Below, piece by piece: positions 24,515 through 24,964 of a stretch of DNA of 24,964 nucleotides. This DNA is from Candidatus Diapherotrites archaeon CG08_land_8_20_14_0_20_30_16 (GTDB taxonomy: Archaea > Iainarchaeota > Iainarchaeia > Iainarchaeales > 0-14-0-20-30-16), in assembly GCA_002779075.1 (NCBI GenBank), contig PEXK01000037.1:1-24964 (forward strand), given 5' to 3'. Position numbers and translations under genes: made by a program. Within the stretch, counting starts at the first letter, position 1, and each line of letters opens with the position of its first letter. Below the pieces are notes generated by a model. That model searched no databases and was not told the DNA's origin. It was given only the letters and a program-made list of their open reading frames with translations.

Positions 24515-24964
24515 ATGAATAATAAAACTGTTGGAATTCTATTTATTGTTTTGGCAGGCATTTTGGGATTAATTATCTTTTTGTTCAATAGGGCTTTAAA
24601 TAAAATTGTTGCGGAAACTTGTACTCATGGCCCAACTTGCCCAATGTATAGCACAATCGCATTTAATACTTATTTGAGCATAGGAATTATTGTAATTATT
24701 ATTTTGGCTGGGTTGGCATTTATTTTGTTTTTCAAAGATAACAAAAAACAAGTTAAAAAAGTTGATGAATCAGAATATCTAGATATAATGAAAGTATTAA
24801 AAGAAGATGAACGATTAACATTGAAAACAATTATTGCAAATAATGGAATTATTTTCCAATCTGATTTGGTAGAAAAAACTAATTATCCCAAAGTAAAAAT
24901 TACTCGAATTTTATATCCTTTGGGGTTTTTATTAAATCCTATAATTGCAGGAATTGCAATGACA
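24515..24964 (+). CDS. membrane-anchored winged-helix regulator-like protein (2 TM + wHTH), 3' end off window
   Basis: Not in the ORF track because there is no stop before the window edge. ATG at 24515 opens 150 stop-free codons. TM1 VGILFIVLAGILGLIIFLF, loop ETCTHGPTCPMY, TM2 LSIGIIVIIILAGLAFILFF, then YLDIMKVLKEDERLTLKTIIANNGIIFQSDLVEKTNYPKVKITRIL, a MarR/TrmB-like HTH. Confidence 0.55.
   Translation, partial: MNNKTVGILFIVLAGILGLIIFLFNRALNKIVAETCTHGPTCPMYSTIAFNTYLSIGIIVIIILAGLAFILFFKDNKKQVKKVDESEYLDIMKVLKEDERLTLKTIIANNGIIFQSDLVEKTNYPKVKITRILYPLGFLLNPIIAGIAMT

Noticed and set aside
1-24964. Circular element hypothesis: the 3' partial ORF continuing across the window ends.
   Set aside because: Joining the end to the start gives ...IAMT-RF-stop, but there is no terminal repeat or overlap between the two ends. 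The gene content is core chromosomal (TFB, RadA, ribosomal protein). The window ends are most likely arbitrary cuts.
1-24964. Search by eye for tRNA, rRNA, CRISPR arrays, transposases/IS ends and inteins.
   Set aside because: No T-arm-like GGTTCGAATCC-type motif occurs outside CDS. I saw no regularly spaced repeats and no DDE or tyrosine/serine recombinase-like ORF. RadA, PCNA, TFB and PriL have normal intein-free lengths. A covariance-model scan (tRNAscan-SE/Infernal) would be needed to exclude atypical or split tRNAs.

Overview
AT-rich (about 30% GC by eye) archaeal chromosomal segment. TFB, RadA, two PCNA paralogs, PriL, an RPA41-like ssDNA-binding protein, eL33 (L35Ae), SepF and ThiI identify it as archaeal. 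The small genes, lysine-rich proteins and tight packing suggest a small-genome DPANN-type lineage, which is inference only. I support about 30 CDS and found no tRNA, rRNA, CRISPR array or transposase. Many genes carry a GGTG-type Shine-Dalgarno motif (GAGGTG, AGGTGA, GGGGTG) 4-6 nt upstream of the start. I used this to move several ORF-track starts downstream: L35Ae, PCNA, RPA, AsnB-like, AbiEi, MFS2, GNAT and the K-rich protein. Accessory modules sit among the housekeeping genes: a wHTH/RelE-like pair translationally coupled to an Mtq2-like methyltransferase, and an AbiEi/AbiEii module inside a 2.6 kb minus-strand islet wedged between PCNA2 and PriL. That islet also holds an HExxH protein whose reading frame appears broken and continues into a GC-elevated Arg/Pro-rich ORF. 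Leads I rank highest: (1) one 694-aa ORF fusing a complete AsnB-type glutamine amidotransferase/PP-loop synthetase to a Dph6-type diphthine-ammonia ligase; (2) a three-gene plus-strand cluster around SepF, made of an extremely K-rich coiled-coil protein with a beta-sandwich-like C-terminus, SepF, and a tail-anchored protein with no canonical start codon behind a good SD; (3) tandem divergent PCNA paralogs; (4) the frame-broken metalloprotease-like gene with an Arg-rich tail. Smaller items are a 66% GC 35-nt island upstream of L35Ae, duplicated start regions/uORFs ahead of an MFS gene, and a TAGCAAT palindrome cluster. All family assignments come from motif recognition by eye, not from searches.
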